Below, piece by piece: positions 51,560 through 64,000 of a stretch of DNA of 64,000 bases (the first letter of the stretch is position 1; each line of letters begins with the position of its first letter). The stretch comes from the human T2T-CHM13v2.0 reference genome, Homo sapiens: assembly GCF_009914755.1 (NCBI RefSeq), contig NC_060944.1. One strand, given 5' to 3'. The position numbers and the translations under genes are program-made. Under the pieces are notes generated by a model. It had not been told where the DNA came from and made no database searches. It saw only the letters and a list, made by a program, of their open reading frames with translations.

Positions 51560-54351
51560 CTAATGACTTAACGTGACGTCCTCAGCAAAGCCTTGCCTCT
51601 CCCCGTTTCTCAGTTAGTTTAGGACCATCTTGTGTACCCTCGTACCACCCTCTGCCTCCTTACTGGAGAACTTACATTATCTGGCCAATCATCTCTCTTA
51701 CTTAAACTCTCTGGTTTCTGAGGGTAAGAGCTCTGTCATTCTTATTTCTATTTATATCATTTCAGGATGTTCTTGGCCAACAGAATAAAACCCAATTCAC
51801 ATAATCTTAAATAAATGGGAGTAAATTTTTCTTACATAACCGTGAGTGCAGACATAGGTGGTCACATGCTGGAACAGCAGACAAGGGACACGGTCATGTG
51901 CCTGCCTAATCCTCTTCTTCCATTCTGCCATCTTTAGTGTGTCATTTAGTGCCTCGTCACTGCAAACTGGCTGCTGTGGTTCCAGTCGTTGCTTCTGAGT
52001 TCAGAGCAGAAGAAGGTGCAGATAGTAGCACCATCTGCATTTCTTCCCTGTACCAGGAAGACAAACACTTTCTCAGAATCCCTGCAGAAGTTTTCATTGA
52101 CTAGGTCACAGGCCACTCTTAGCTAAACTGATGGGGGTGGAGCACTGGGAATGCAGAGAATTGCATTGTCATGTGTGTCTTAGATCCATTATAATCCATC
52201 ACATGGTAGGTGTCCAAATTGCTCGTCTCAGAACAGAATTGGGGCTTTGTTTTAGGAAGGAAGAAGGAGGGATGGATGCTGAGTAGACCTTCCCCAGTGC
52301 CCAGTGCTGTACCCGAAGCAGAGTTGACAGACAGTGAATTGCTGAATGAGTGAATGACTCATTTGCATACAAAGGCATTCAGACAGAGGCATGGTTGAAG
52401 AGAGATCAGATGCAGTGTCTGGAATCCATATCTAAGAATCTGCCATTTCTGCCACACTGCATGGCCAGAAGTACTATTATCTTGTCTTTACAAGTAGGTT
52501 GAAGATAGGCTCTTTGCCCATGCAGTTTGGTTTGAACCACCTCTGCATAGATAGGCAACTCTTCCAGGGCAGACACATGCTAGATACACAGGCAAGAATG
52601 TCATCCCATCTCCCTGCATAGCCGATGTCCAGCACCGGCCTAATGCATGGTGGCTGTGAAGTCAGTATTAGTCAAATAAAGTAATGAATGAGCCGGAAAA
52701 TACTGACACTGTTCGTGTTTCCGAGTCGCTTTGGTTAACTCACAGCAGACAGGGAGCTGCTATGAATATTCCCATAAGTGGCACTAATGATAAGCCAACC
52801 ACATATGCCTGGAATTATTAGACACTGGAAGTTGCCTGTCCAGTATTGATTCTCTCTCTCTCTCTCCCTTGCCAACAAACCTCATCTGTGCTAGTCCATT
52901 GGCTGACAATGTGCCCTGTTTAATACACCTCTAGACTCATTTACACCAATGTGGCAATGTGGCTTCTTTCTGGTCACCGGTATCTAATTAGGTTAGTCTA
53001 TTAGGTTAGGCTTTGGGGAAAGCTGTTTTTATTCTTGATAACAAGGAACAAACTGAGCTGGCCATGCCTTCCACCCTTTGCTCTTACTTCTTCCTCCTAC
53101 CTGGAACTCAGATGTGATGGCTGAGGGAAAGCAGCCATTTTGTGAGTTTGAGGATGGTGGAACACAAATTGGGTCCCAGAAGGCATCCTCAAACAATGGC
53201 AGAGCCCTGGACTCATTGTCTCCTGAGTGGTGAGAAAAATAAGGTCAAAACACCACGCTTGGTTTTGTTGTCACATGCAGCCTCGTGCATTCCCTGACTT
53301 AGGAAAACTGCACACTAGCAAAGTCAAACTCTGTCCTGAGCCTAGGTTTTCAGGCTCCCTCTACCCTCCAGTGTTCCTTGGACCTTGGCCACTTGCTCTT
53401 GCTTTAAAGGCCCTCCTCTGCTCCTTTTGTGAATTGATGTCTGCACCTAGCACACTGGATTGCAGAGAGCATGTCATGAATACTTGGTAACTGTTTGTTG
53501 AATAAATGAACAGTCACTACTCCACACTGTCTTATGCCCAGGAGATGAAAGAACCCTTAGATATATTAAGCCGGGACTATCTGAACCCCCACCAGAGAAT
53601 GTAAACTCTTTGCTGGATCTCATAGTGATGCTTCTCCAGGAAGTCAGGAGTTATGTATTGGGGGTTTTGCCTCTGGTCACAATATCTACTGGTTCTAGGG
53701 AACCTTGGTCTCTGTAGCGAAGCAGAATTATGTGAAGGCTGGGTGGGACTCAGACCCCACTGGTGGCTTGGGTGAGCTCAAAGCCCAGACTTTCTTGCTG
53801 TCAAAGTCAGAGGACTACTTCTTTCTGAGCACCCAGACCCCCACTGCCTCCATGGGTGGTCACTTCAGGGATCCCCAAAAATGGGCACGCAGAGCCCATG
53901 AGGGAGACCGTGGGATCTCTTTGGCCATCTCTGGGGGTGGTCCTTGCCTTTTCAAGGGGCCGTTATTGTTTGAGGTTTCCAGCAGCTTTTCCCTCTTATA
54001 GTTTTGTCTGGTCCCAGGGTTAAGAGGTTCAGAAAGGGAAGTATATATCCTGTCTTTAGAAAGTGGTTGCTATCAGATAAAAGGTAGGAGCGGCCCAGGA
54101 ATAAAGCACAGAAAGCGCTGCATGGTGCATCATCTGCAGGCCAAATCCCACTCTGAGAGAGGGTCCTGGTAGCCCTGGTTAGAAATAAAGCGAGGCAGAA
54201 CACTGCCGCCCCGGGCTCTGCACAGCCACTTGCCCCTGTGTGCAGCTGCTTCTCACAGCTCTGCCTTCCATCGCAAGAGGGAGCTGTGGTCAGTGGCCCT
54301 GCTGCTACCCAGGAGGAATCTAGGCTCAAGGAGGTGGCCACACCTGCCCCA

Positions 54352-54412
54352 GATTCCTAAGTCAGTGGTTCCTTAGTCAGTGATTCCTAAGTCAGTGATT
54401 CCTAAGTCAGTG
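54352..54412. repeat. 15-bp tandem repeat (GATTCCTAAGTCAGT) x4
   Basis: Seen directly. Confidence 0.9.
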
Positions 54413-55917
54413 GATCAGGATTCCCACCCTGCAAGATTCCTAACCGCTGCTTCTCTATGCTCACTGCCACTAAGCAGACCCCCTTCATTGTAGAAGGCAG
54501 TGCATGCACCAGCTACAGAAATGAGGATGTGTGAACTCACTGACGCTGTGACTTAAAGATTCAGGTTTTGCGTTTGAGAAATATGTGTTTTAATGAGTCT
54601 TCAGATGAGGGAGCATGAGGCTTTGCAGAATTATAATATAATAACATTATGTTCTGTCCAGTCCTTGGTATACGATATCTCATTTAACTTTCACAAAAGC
54701 CCTTCCAGGGAGGTAAAATTGTTCTCATTTTATGGATCAGTAACTGATGATCGGTGAGTTCTGGAGATTGGCCTAAGGGTAGGAGATTTGCTCTGTTTTC
54801 CCTCTTTGTGCAGTCCTAGGCACTTAGCTCATTCCTATCTCCAAATTAATGTTAAAGAAGATGGTTTTAGAGCACCACTGTCACGTGCAGACAGGATCGG
54901 ACCCAGATGTTCAGGGCCACAGCCATAAGACCAGCAGTGACCAGGCACACAGGTATGTGCAGTAAACAGAGGCCCTCAGTGTGTCAGAAAGTGCTTGGTT
55001 GCAGTTGCTCATGTATAAGGCTCAACTGAAGTGGGTCTAAACTCTCGACACCGGGGGTTTGCAAAACCAGCCCTGGGATTAGAAGAGCCTGCGGCTTCTG
55101 TGATGCCAGTGGGAGCTTTCAATTCTGAGCATGCAGCGAGCAGTCCCAGAGCCGAGCTCTCTCTCGGATTTTAGACTCTGCCAGCGCTGGGGAAGCCGGG
55201 CAGAGAGGGAGCAGAGAGAAGAGTCCGGCTGGTCCTGGAAGCCCTGAGCACGTTCCATCTGAGCTGGGTTTATGCACGGATCCATTGTTGTCAACACTCA
55301 CGTTGTGACATGGGGCACCAGGAACCTTAGTGAGGCCGGTTACAGATTGAGAGAAGGTGCCACGACTGTGCAGCTGGCCAGCCGGGGCGGGGCTCCCTGA
55401 CGGCCTCTCTTGAGCTGATGCCGTGAGAGCTGGTCCTGAGGCTGCCGTGGCCTTTCTGCCCATGTCGGGGTCCTGGGTGTCTGCAGAGATCTCGTACTCT
55501 AAGCTGAGAGAGAGCAAGGTGCTTGGTATAACTTGAAACAGTCTGAAGATGTGGTGCTTTCCGAGGTTCACGTGGGTTCCCGTTTTCTGCCAAAACCCCT
55601 TGCGGCGAAGCCCCTTTGCACGCTTTTGCCTCCAGGGGTGGCCTTCCTGGGCGCAGGGTCACTTCCACTCTGGGACTGCGTGGCGACTGGGTTGGTGTAA
55701 GCTTCCAAGACCTGTGGCTTCTTTGTTTCAGAAATAATGATTTTTCTAATTCTACCCTGCAGTGTTAAAAAATCACAATGAAATTCATAACCAAGTTCAA
55801 AGGAAGTGTATTTGGTGTGTGCATCCCTGTATTGTGTGCTCCATGACACTAATTTCAAAATGTGGAAATTTTGTGACTTCTCTTATGTTGCAAATGGAGG
55901 TGGATAAAGGAAAGGGC

Positions 55918-56108
55918 TTTTTCCTCCTTACCTCCTTACCTCCCACCCTCCTTCCTCCTTCCCTCTCTCCTCCCTCCCTCCTTCCCTCCTTTCCTCTCTT
56001 CCCTCTCCCCTTCCCTCCCCTTCCCCTCCCTCCCTCCCTTCCTTCCACCCTCTCTCCCTTGCTCTCTCCCTCCCTCCCTTCCTCCTTTCCTTCCTTTCTT
56101 TTTTCTTT
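55918..56108. repeat. Polypyrimidine (CT-rich) tract, followed by (GA)n at 56149-56171
   Basis: ~190 nt almost entirely C/T. Confidence 0.92.
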
Positions 56109-56821
56109 GAAAGCTGGGTTAAGTAGATGCCAGGACTAATCATGAACTGAGAGAGAGAGAGAGAGAGAGAGCAAGCAAGCATTCATCTTTTCAAAAAGTG
56201 TGCCTATTATTCTGACTTTTTGAAGAAGCAATTTTTCCTCCAAGTGAATTCCACTATAAAAAATACCATAAGCCGAATGAAGCTTCTTTCCGTCAAGGGC
56301 GGTAAAGTTCTCCCCGGTGTGTTCTTGTAAAACCTCATGGCATTTGTAGGCTCCTTCAGTCCCCAGAGTGGGACTGTGGTGTCTGGCAAGCTGGGCTGGT
56401 AAAATCCTTGGTTTTTCGTCAAAAGGCTCAGAATTTTGGTGCCTTTTTGCCCGGGCTCTGGGCTGCCCTCTCCTGGTGGCCTCCGGTATTGTCTCTGGCT
56501 GGTGTCTGCTTTCAGTTCTTAAACAAAAGAGAACAAACCAACCAAAAATCCCTATTTAATTATCTTTGACCCAGTATGTGCTCCCCGAGGCCATTTTCCT
56601 GGCAACCCCCACATCAGGGGCCAGGAAGGAGGGGAGGAGCTGTTGTTTGGGGGGACTTACCATGTGCCAATGTGTCTTCTCATTTAACGCTGTCAGGAGA
56701 CCTGCAGCCTAAGGTAGTTAGAAGGCATGCCCCAGATCACTCGGTATGGGCAGGGGACTTTGTCTGTATGTTTTTATCTCCCACACTGCCTTTTCCAGGA
56801 GGAATTTACTTAGATTACAAA

Positions 56822-57326
56822 TTGTATTATTTTCTTATTGCAGTATAAATCCCCACATATGTAGCAGCTTAAACAACACAAAGTTATTATCTTGTGGTTC
56901 TGAAGGTCAGAAGTCCAGCTCCAGTCCCTGTGCTGAAATCAAGGTGTCTGCAGGGTGGGTTCCTTCTGGAGGCTCCTGGGGAGAATCTGTCTCCTTGTGC
57001 CTCCCAGCTCCTCAGGGCTCCTGCACTCCTTGGCTCCTGGCCGCTTCCTCCGTCTTCAGAGCCAGCCGTGAAGCATCTCTGTGCCGTCCTCCAGGGTCAT
57101 TGAGGGTCACTGGTCACATCCACCTCTCTCTACATCCTTCTCTTCCACTTGTAAGAATCCCTGTGATTACCTTGGGCCTCCCTGAGTAACCCAGGATAAT
57201 CTCCCGTTGCAAGACTCTTAATTCAGTCACCTCTGCCAAGTCCCCACTACCACGTGAGATCCCAGGCTCACAGCCTCCGGAATTAGGATGGGGACATCTC
57301 TGGGGAGTCGTGATTCTGCTGACCAC
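56822..57326 (-). mobile_element. MaLR LTR (MLT1C/D-like)
   Basis: gcttaaacaacaca ... gaggtcagaagtcc-like ... aaatcaaggtgtctgcaggg ... ccaggataatctccc ... attctgctgaccaca. Confidence 0.8.
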
Positions 57327-57430
57327 ATGCGTGTCTGACGACAGAGCAATCCTAGCAGGTGTGTGTGGGAGTTTCCCACTGGCTTCCGCACACTAAGGAC
57401 TTGCTATGCGTCCCACACTGTGCGGTGACC

Positions 57431-58890
57431 TTCATTCAACCCTGCAGAACCCAGTGGTTCCTTCATTCAGTCCTACACATACCTCAGTGGTTCCTTCATT
57501 CAATCTTACACATATCTCAGTGGCTCCTTCATTCAATCTTACACATATCTCAGTGGCTCCTTCATTCAGTCCTACACATACCTCAGTGGCTCCTTCATTC
57601 AGTCCTACACATACCCCAGTGGCTCCTTCATTCAGTCCTACACATACCCCAGTGGCTCCTTCATTCAGTCCTACACATACCTCAGTGGCTCCTTCATTCA
57701 GTCCTACACATACCCCAGTGGCTCCTTCATTCAATCTTATACATACCTCAGTGGTTCCTTCATTCAATCTTACACATACAGTGGCTCCTTCATTCAGTCC
57801 TACACATATCTCAGTGGTTCCTTCATTCAATCTTACACATACCTCAGTGGCTCCTTCATTCAATCTTACACATATCTCAGTGGCTCCTTCATTCAGTCCT
57901 ACACATACCCCAGTGGCTCCTTCATTCAGTCCTACACATACCCCAGTGGCTCCTTCATTCAGTCCTAGACATACCCCAGTGGCTCCTTCATTCAGTCCTA
58001 CACATACCCCAGTGGCTCCTTCATTCAGTCCTACACATACCCCAGTGGCTTCTTCATTCAGTCCTACACATACCCCAGTGGCTCCTTCATTCAGTCCTAC
58101 ACATACCTCAGTGGCTCCTTCATTCAGTCCTACACATACCCCAGTGGCTCCTTCATTCAGTCCTACACATACCTCAGTGGCTCCTTCATTCAGTCCTACA
58201 CATACCCCAGTGGCTCCTTCATTCAGTCCTACACATACCCCAGTGGCTCCTTCATTCAATCTTACACATGTCTCAGTGGCTCCTTCATTCAATCTTACAC
58301 ATACAGTGGCTCCTTCATTCAGTCCTACACATATCTCAGTGGTTCCTTCATTCAATCTTACACATACCTCAGTGGCTCCTTCATTCAATCTTACTCATAT
58401 CTCAGTGGCTCCTTCATTCAATCTTACACATACCCCAGTGGCTCCTTCATTCAGTCCTACACGTACCTCAGTGGTTCCTTCATTCAATCTTACACATACC
58501 CCAGTGGCTCCTTCATTCAGTCCTACACATATCTCAGTGGCTCCTTCATTCAATCTTACACATATCTCAGTGGTTCCTTCATTCAATCTTACACATATCT
58601 CATTGGCTCCTTCATTCAGTCCTACACGGACTTCAGTGGTTCCTTCATTCAATCTTACACAGACCTCAGTGGCTCCTTCATTCAGTCCTACACATATCTC
58701 AGTGGTTCCTTCATTCAATCTTACACGGACCTCAGTGGCTCCTTCACTCAATCTTACACGGACCTCAGTGGCTCCTTCATTCAGTCTTACATGGACCTTA
58801 GTGGTTCCTTCTTTCAGCCTTACATGGACCTCAATGGTTCCTTCATTCAGTCCTACACATACCTCGCAATCTTACACAGACCTCAGTGGT
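57431..58890. repeat. 33-bp VNTR (CAGTGGCTCCTTCATTCARTCYTACACATAYCY), ~43 copies, embedded in a MIR
   Basis: 33-nt period (11-aa period in the ORF track); right flank gaggaaactgaggc..tgagtgacctgg matches the MIR core. Confidence 0.95.
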
Positions 58891-60029
58891 TCGGGGTGGC
58901 ATCTCCACTTCACTGTTGAGGAAACTGAGGCATGGAGCCATTGAGTGACCTGGCATGAGCTGTGGGTCAGGGAGGTCTATCTGAAGGAATGCTCCAGCAC
59001 TTAGCCACAGCCCACTGGTTCTCAGCCCGTCCTGCCTGGCTCCAGGAGCTCCTGCCACCTGCCTTATCCAGTGGCTATAATTAGGACTCAGAGGGGCAGT
59101 GTCCCTTGTGGGTCCTGAGGTGGGGATTTGCTGCTTTGGAACTCCACAGGGTGAACTGCCTGGGAAGCCCATAGCAGCTTCCGATCTGGGCCCTTCTAAC
59201 TCTTCCTCGTTTGGATTCACTGTGCTTTCCTGCTGAGAGTATGTGGGGATTTAGGGAGGATTAAGGTAAGCCTTCCATGACAGATAAATATCCACAGGGC
59301 CCCAGAGTGCCGCCCGCACCTTGCTAACAGGAAGCTGATCCTTGAGAGTTTGGGTGCTTCCCAGCCCAGGAAAGATGGCCCTGGTACAGCCGCAGGTGTT
59401 GAGAGGTGTGCTTTCTCCTGGAATGGGTGCATTTTCCATATGGAGTATGATTTAATGAATTTCCAGCCCCAGAGTGTGGGTATTGGACACTCTGTCTCTC
59501 CCCAGGGGAGGACCTAGCTCTCTTTGTCTCTGGAGAAGGCAGAGGAGAAAGGCTTGCTTTCCAGGCCTCTTTTCAGGAGTGTGCCCTTGGGTTTCTGTGT
59601 CTGTATTGGAGAAATGTTGACATTTTTTGCTTTGCGTTTGTTCTGGCCACCCAAATGTGAGTTGAGATGCCATCTATATTGATGTGCCTAGAAAAGCAAG
59701 AAGGAAGGTTGGTGCATGAGTTTGCTAGGTATGAAGTCCCCGACTTCCGCTTCCAGGAAGGTCCAAGGAGAAACGCAGGCTGCAGCCCCCGATAGGGTGC
59801 AGAGAGATGCTGGTGGGGAGTCTGGAGAGGGATGAATTGGGTGAGGGCCCTTCCTTCTCTGGACCTCAGTTTCCCTGTGCAAAGCAGAGGGGTAAGATGT
59901 CCAACTGTGGTCCAGGAACTCCCTGCCTGAGGGGTGCTTGCTAAACTCGCCAGCCCCGTGGGTCCTATCCCAGACCTACTGGAGGGTGCCGACAGTGGCC
60001 CACAAAGGATCCATCCACGCAGAGCCTCC

Positions 60030-60425
60030 AAATGTAACATTATTTGGAGAAAGGGTCTTTGCAGATGTAATCAGTTTCAGAATCTCTAGATGAGATCATC
60101 CTGGATTACCTGGGTGGGCCGTAAATCCAAGGACAACTGTCTTGACAAGAGACAGAGAAGACACAGACTTGGAGGGGGAGGCCCCGTGAAGTCACAGGCA
60201 GAGATTGGAGCAATGCAACCACAAGTCCAGGAATGCCTAGAGTTCCTGGAAGGTGGGAAGGTCAAGGAAGGACACTCCCCTAGAATCTGCAGAGAGAGAG
60301 AGCAGCCCTGTTGACACTGGGATTTCAGACTTCCGGCTTCCAGAACTGCAGAAGAATACCTTTCTGTTATCTGAAGCCACCAAGTTTATGGTCATTTATT
60401 ACAGCAGTCACAGGGAACGAATCCA
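60030..60425 (+). mobile_element. MaLR LTR (MLT1B/C-like)
   Basis: ttatttggagaaagggtctttgcagatgtaat..atgagatcatcctggatta ... cagacttccggcttccagaactg. Confidence 0.8.
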
Positions 60426-61700
60426 CCCACTGAACTGGGAATCCTGGGACTGTGACCTGGGACTCTGCTGTTTCTCTCCATCTCCCAGGGAATCCGATCT
60501 TTGCGAAAGCATCAGGGCTTCAGGCTTAGAGGATGTTTAGCCTCCGATTCCCCAGGGGCTGCATCCCTTGAGAGAAACCGTGTTACCTGGGAAGGTGTCT
60601 GCCGAATGTAACCAGCATCTCAAAGTGCAGCTCAGGTGGGCGGCTTGAAACAGTGCTGGGTGTTTCCATCCCACCAGAAAGGCAAATGAGGCACTTTAGT
60701 GTAGTAATGGGGTATTTTATATTGTAAAGCATGACATGGAACAATTTCATTGGAATTAAAATGTATATGGAACATTTGTTCTCCACCCATTATCTTCCTC
60801 TATCAAATGGAATCTTAACAAGGATTATAGCTCAGATAATATCACATAGATATACTGTAAATATTTTGTTAATCTAAAGGTCTGCGTTGGGGAATGGATC
60901 GTTCAACAGAGACAGAGAGGAGAGGCACACTCCCTCTGCTGATGAGATGTGGAGGGATGCAGAGAGGAGCTGGGCACTCTCTGGCGTTTTTAGAACATGC
61001 CTCTTCTCTGCCCAAAACCGCTTTACTGTGGAAATGCAAAAATATTTTATTTCTGGCTGCAGGAGTCTCCTGTCCTGTGTTTCCAGCAGCTGTGTGTCTG
61101 CAGCCTGGCTGAGGGTTCGCACACAGCTCAGGAAAGCGGCTGCTGAGTCTGGCTTCAGGGCAGATCCGTGTCCCTCTTGCAGCCTGTGTTGCAGCGGGCT
61201 GATTGCAGACGTGGGTCTGGGCCTGTACTTGACAGGGGAATGCTCTTTGTACCCCTAAGGGTCTTCTTCCGACATGTGTGGCTGTGGGACACACAGCCTG
61301 CCCTCCCATCTCTCTTTCTGTGTTGGGCAGCTGGAGAGCCAGTGCCTGGAATGGGAGCGGGCCTGGCTGGCCCAGGGGGTGGCATGTAGCTGGATGCCAG
61401 AGCATCTCGGGTCCACCCACCTCTCCAGCATGGATCCCGAGGAGGGGCTCCAGGCCGAGGAGAGGAGAAGGCACCTCTGGCTGCGCTTGACCTTGTCCTG
61501 CTCATGTCTCGGAGCATCTCAGCCAGAACCAGGAGGCAAAGCCAGGCAGTGGGAGCCGAGTGGGACCTGCACACGGGGAGGCCCAGGCCAACAGGTCAGT
61601 GGGCTGAATTGCTTTTTCCTGATGCCGGGTTGGCTTGCATCAGCGAGAACTTGAAAGAGGAAGATACCTTTTCTCCTGTCTTCTTGTTTTCTTCAGGGGG

Positions 61701-62100
61701 TGCTATGGTTTGAGTATTTGTCCCTTCCAAATCTCTTGTTGAAATGTGATCCCAGCTGTTGGAGGTGGGCCTGGTGAGTGTTCATGAGTGGTTTGGTGCT
61801 GCCCTTGTGGTAATGAGTGAGTTCCCACTCTGTTAGTTCCTGGGAGAGCTCATCCTTATAGAAAGAGCCTGGCACCTCCCTCTCATTGCTCTTGCTTCCA
61901 TTCTTGCCATGTGATCTCAACACATGGGCTGCCCTTTGCCTTCTGCCATGAGTGGAAGCTTCCTGAGGCCTCCCCAGAAGCAGATGCCAGTGCCATACTT
62001 CCTGTACAGCCTGCAGAACCATGCGCCAAATAAACCTCTTTTCTGTGTCACTTACTCAGCCTCAGGTGTTCCTTTATAGCAACACCAATGGATTAAGACA
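61701..62100 (+). mobile_element. MaLR solo LTR (MST family)
   Basis: tgctatggtttg ... ccatgagtggaagcttcctgaggcctcccc ... ccaaataaacctctttt ... tttatagcaacaccaatggattaagaca. Confidence 0.9.
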
Positions 62101-62763
62101 ATGGGATATTACCAAGGCTCTGGACGATTTGTGGGTGGGGACAGCCGCTGGTGTTTGACTCCTGCATCCTGCAAATGTGATGAGGAGTGTTGCGCAGACA
62201 CCTTGGGTGAGCATCAGAACCCCATGGAAAGCCCTGTGGTGGTCCTGGGGCTCGGCCCCACTTGAGGGGTTAACAGCACCACTGTCTGTTGTTCTGGTCC
62301 ACTGATGGAGCCCTCCCCATGCCGGGTGCTGCACCGTACCAGCTGGGTTCATCTGCATGACCACCCTAGGCAGGAGGCATGTTACTAACCCTCCTTTCAC
62401 AGAGTTGGGGTGCTGACATAGGACAGTTTGGCACTGCCACTACCTTAGTGGCCCTGGAGGAGCCAGGATTGATGGGGGGCAGCCTTCAGAGCCCAACCCT
62501 CCACCCCATCCTCTGTATCACCTTGGAACCAGCCCCCCATGGAGACCTGGTATACCCCGTTGCCTGGAGAGTCCACATTTCTAATCCTTAGCCATCAGCT
62601 CTGTGACACTGGACCATTTTGTGGCCTGTGTGACCTTTCCTACCTCCATAGGAGGGAGATGCCAGGTCCATCTCATGAGGGCCTGGAAGACCCAGCAGGG
62701 TGATCCATGTCCCTGTGTATGGAGGCACCAGGCTCTGGAAACACCAAGGCTTGCTGGCTTGCT

Positions 62764-62828
62764 CTTATTTATTAATTATTTATTAGTTATAATTATTTAT
62801 TTAATTAATTATACTTATTTATTAATGT
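62764..62828. repeat. AT-rich low-complexity tract
   Basis: Seen directly. Confidence 0.8.
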
Positions 62829-64000
62829 AAACACATCAGGCCCTGCTCCGCCAAGCAGACCCCAGTCCTGCCAGAGCTGCCCTCCTGCTCTCCTCCTCCT
62901 CTTCTGGTCCCTGTGAAGTGACCTGCCTGGCTGCTGATATTTGGGAAAGGTGAGTTGCTCTCCCAACCCCAGGCTCCAGAGGCTCCCGGCGGGGAGACTG
63001 TCAGATAGCAACTCCATGTTCCCGACGCATGACCGGACCTCCAGAGCCAGTGGTACTCGTTTCCACATGGCCCCGGCTGTTGACGATGACCTTAAGCTCC
63101 CCTGACCAATCTCCTCCAGAATCTGGCCCCCAGATGTGGAGAGGGCCGGCCGACCTTTGCGGCAGTCATTTTTCCATCAGAAGGTGGCTTGATTTGATGG
63201 GTTTTATGGTTTTGTTTAGATACTTTCTCCCCTAATGGTCTTTACATTTCTTATGTGTGGCCCAAGATCTTTTGGCAAAAGGCAGGCTTTAAAAATTGAA
63301 TAAATAAATTATGGAGAATGGCTTATTTAAAGCTCTGTTAGGCTGATGGGGGAGAGAGGCGGCAGTGAACGTAAGTTACCGGCTATCGTTATTTATTAAT
63401 CAGGTGTTGGTATGATTGGATTACGCCGTATCCTATTTAATGCTTGGGCAGCGATGAACTGATGGGGTTTAGAAGTAAGTTGTTCTGAGGATAGGCCTTC
63501 TGCAGCCTGCAGCTTCTTCTCAGGTTATCTTATTCTTTTCCATCTTCCCTCAGATACAAAGAAGGGATTATATAACTTGTTTTATCTAGTTCTTATATTT
63601 TAAGATAAAAATGGAATACCAGTGCTGGGCCGAAGGCTATAAAATTGTGATCAAGAGTCCGTAAAATTATAGAACTTATGTTTTCTTGAGAAGAGAGAGG
63701 ATTCACAATGACTTTTTCCTTAAAGGTGCTGGACACTTAAGGACTGACCCGCACAGACGTGTAAGATACTCTTCCATGTGGAGCAAAAAAAATAGAGTTA
63801 TGTGCTTGAAAGGTTAATGGCTGGTAAACGTCAATTTTCTTCAATCCTGGCTAATAAAAATAGCTTATAAGACATAAAATGTCATGCTGCCAAAATTACA
63901 GGGGCCTTTGAAATCCATTTTGAAGTCTCGTATCCTTCGTAAATGGTAGTGGGGTGGGGGTAGTGTGAGCTTCAAGTGTTTTTTTGTCATGGTTGAGTGA

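Noticed and set aside
57359-58944. 480-aa and 512-aa ORFs (mucin-like)
   Set aside because: They are translations of a 33-bp VNTR; no signal peptide, exon structure or unique domain seen.

Overview
Human (primate) genomic DNA containing the 5' end of CDH4 (R-cadherin/cadherin-4; known to lie on chr20q13.33) on the + strand. It includes a ~2.5 kb CpG-island promoter, coding exon 1 (ATG at 45691, signal peptide), a 2255-nt intron 1, coding exon 2 (48003-48114, start of the prodomain) and the first ~16 kb of intron 2. The upstream 45 kb is intergenic, made of Alu, L1, L2, MIR, MaLR/ERV LTR and DNA-transposon remnants plus many minisatellites. Nearly all long ORFs in the track come from tandem repeats or GC-rich DNA. 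I found no new protein-coding system. The best leads are non-coding: (1) an old ~110-bp inverted duplication, one arm later split by an Alu, flanking a POU/SOX motif cluster; (2) a CGG-repeat 5' leader open in frame with CDH4 and carrying two CUG codons in strong context; (3) a 10-bp-periodic repeat that generates DR4/RORE nuclear-receptor elements; (4) a 1.2-kb hexamer array full of SNAIL/ZEB E2-boxes; (5) several minisatellites born inside L1 or MIR copies. Repeat subfamily names are from memory of consensus sequences, and boundaries of old repeats are approximate.
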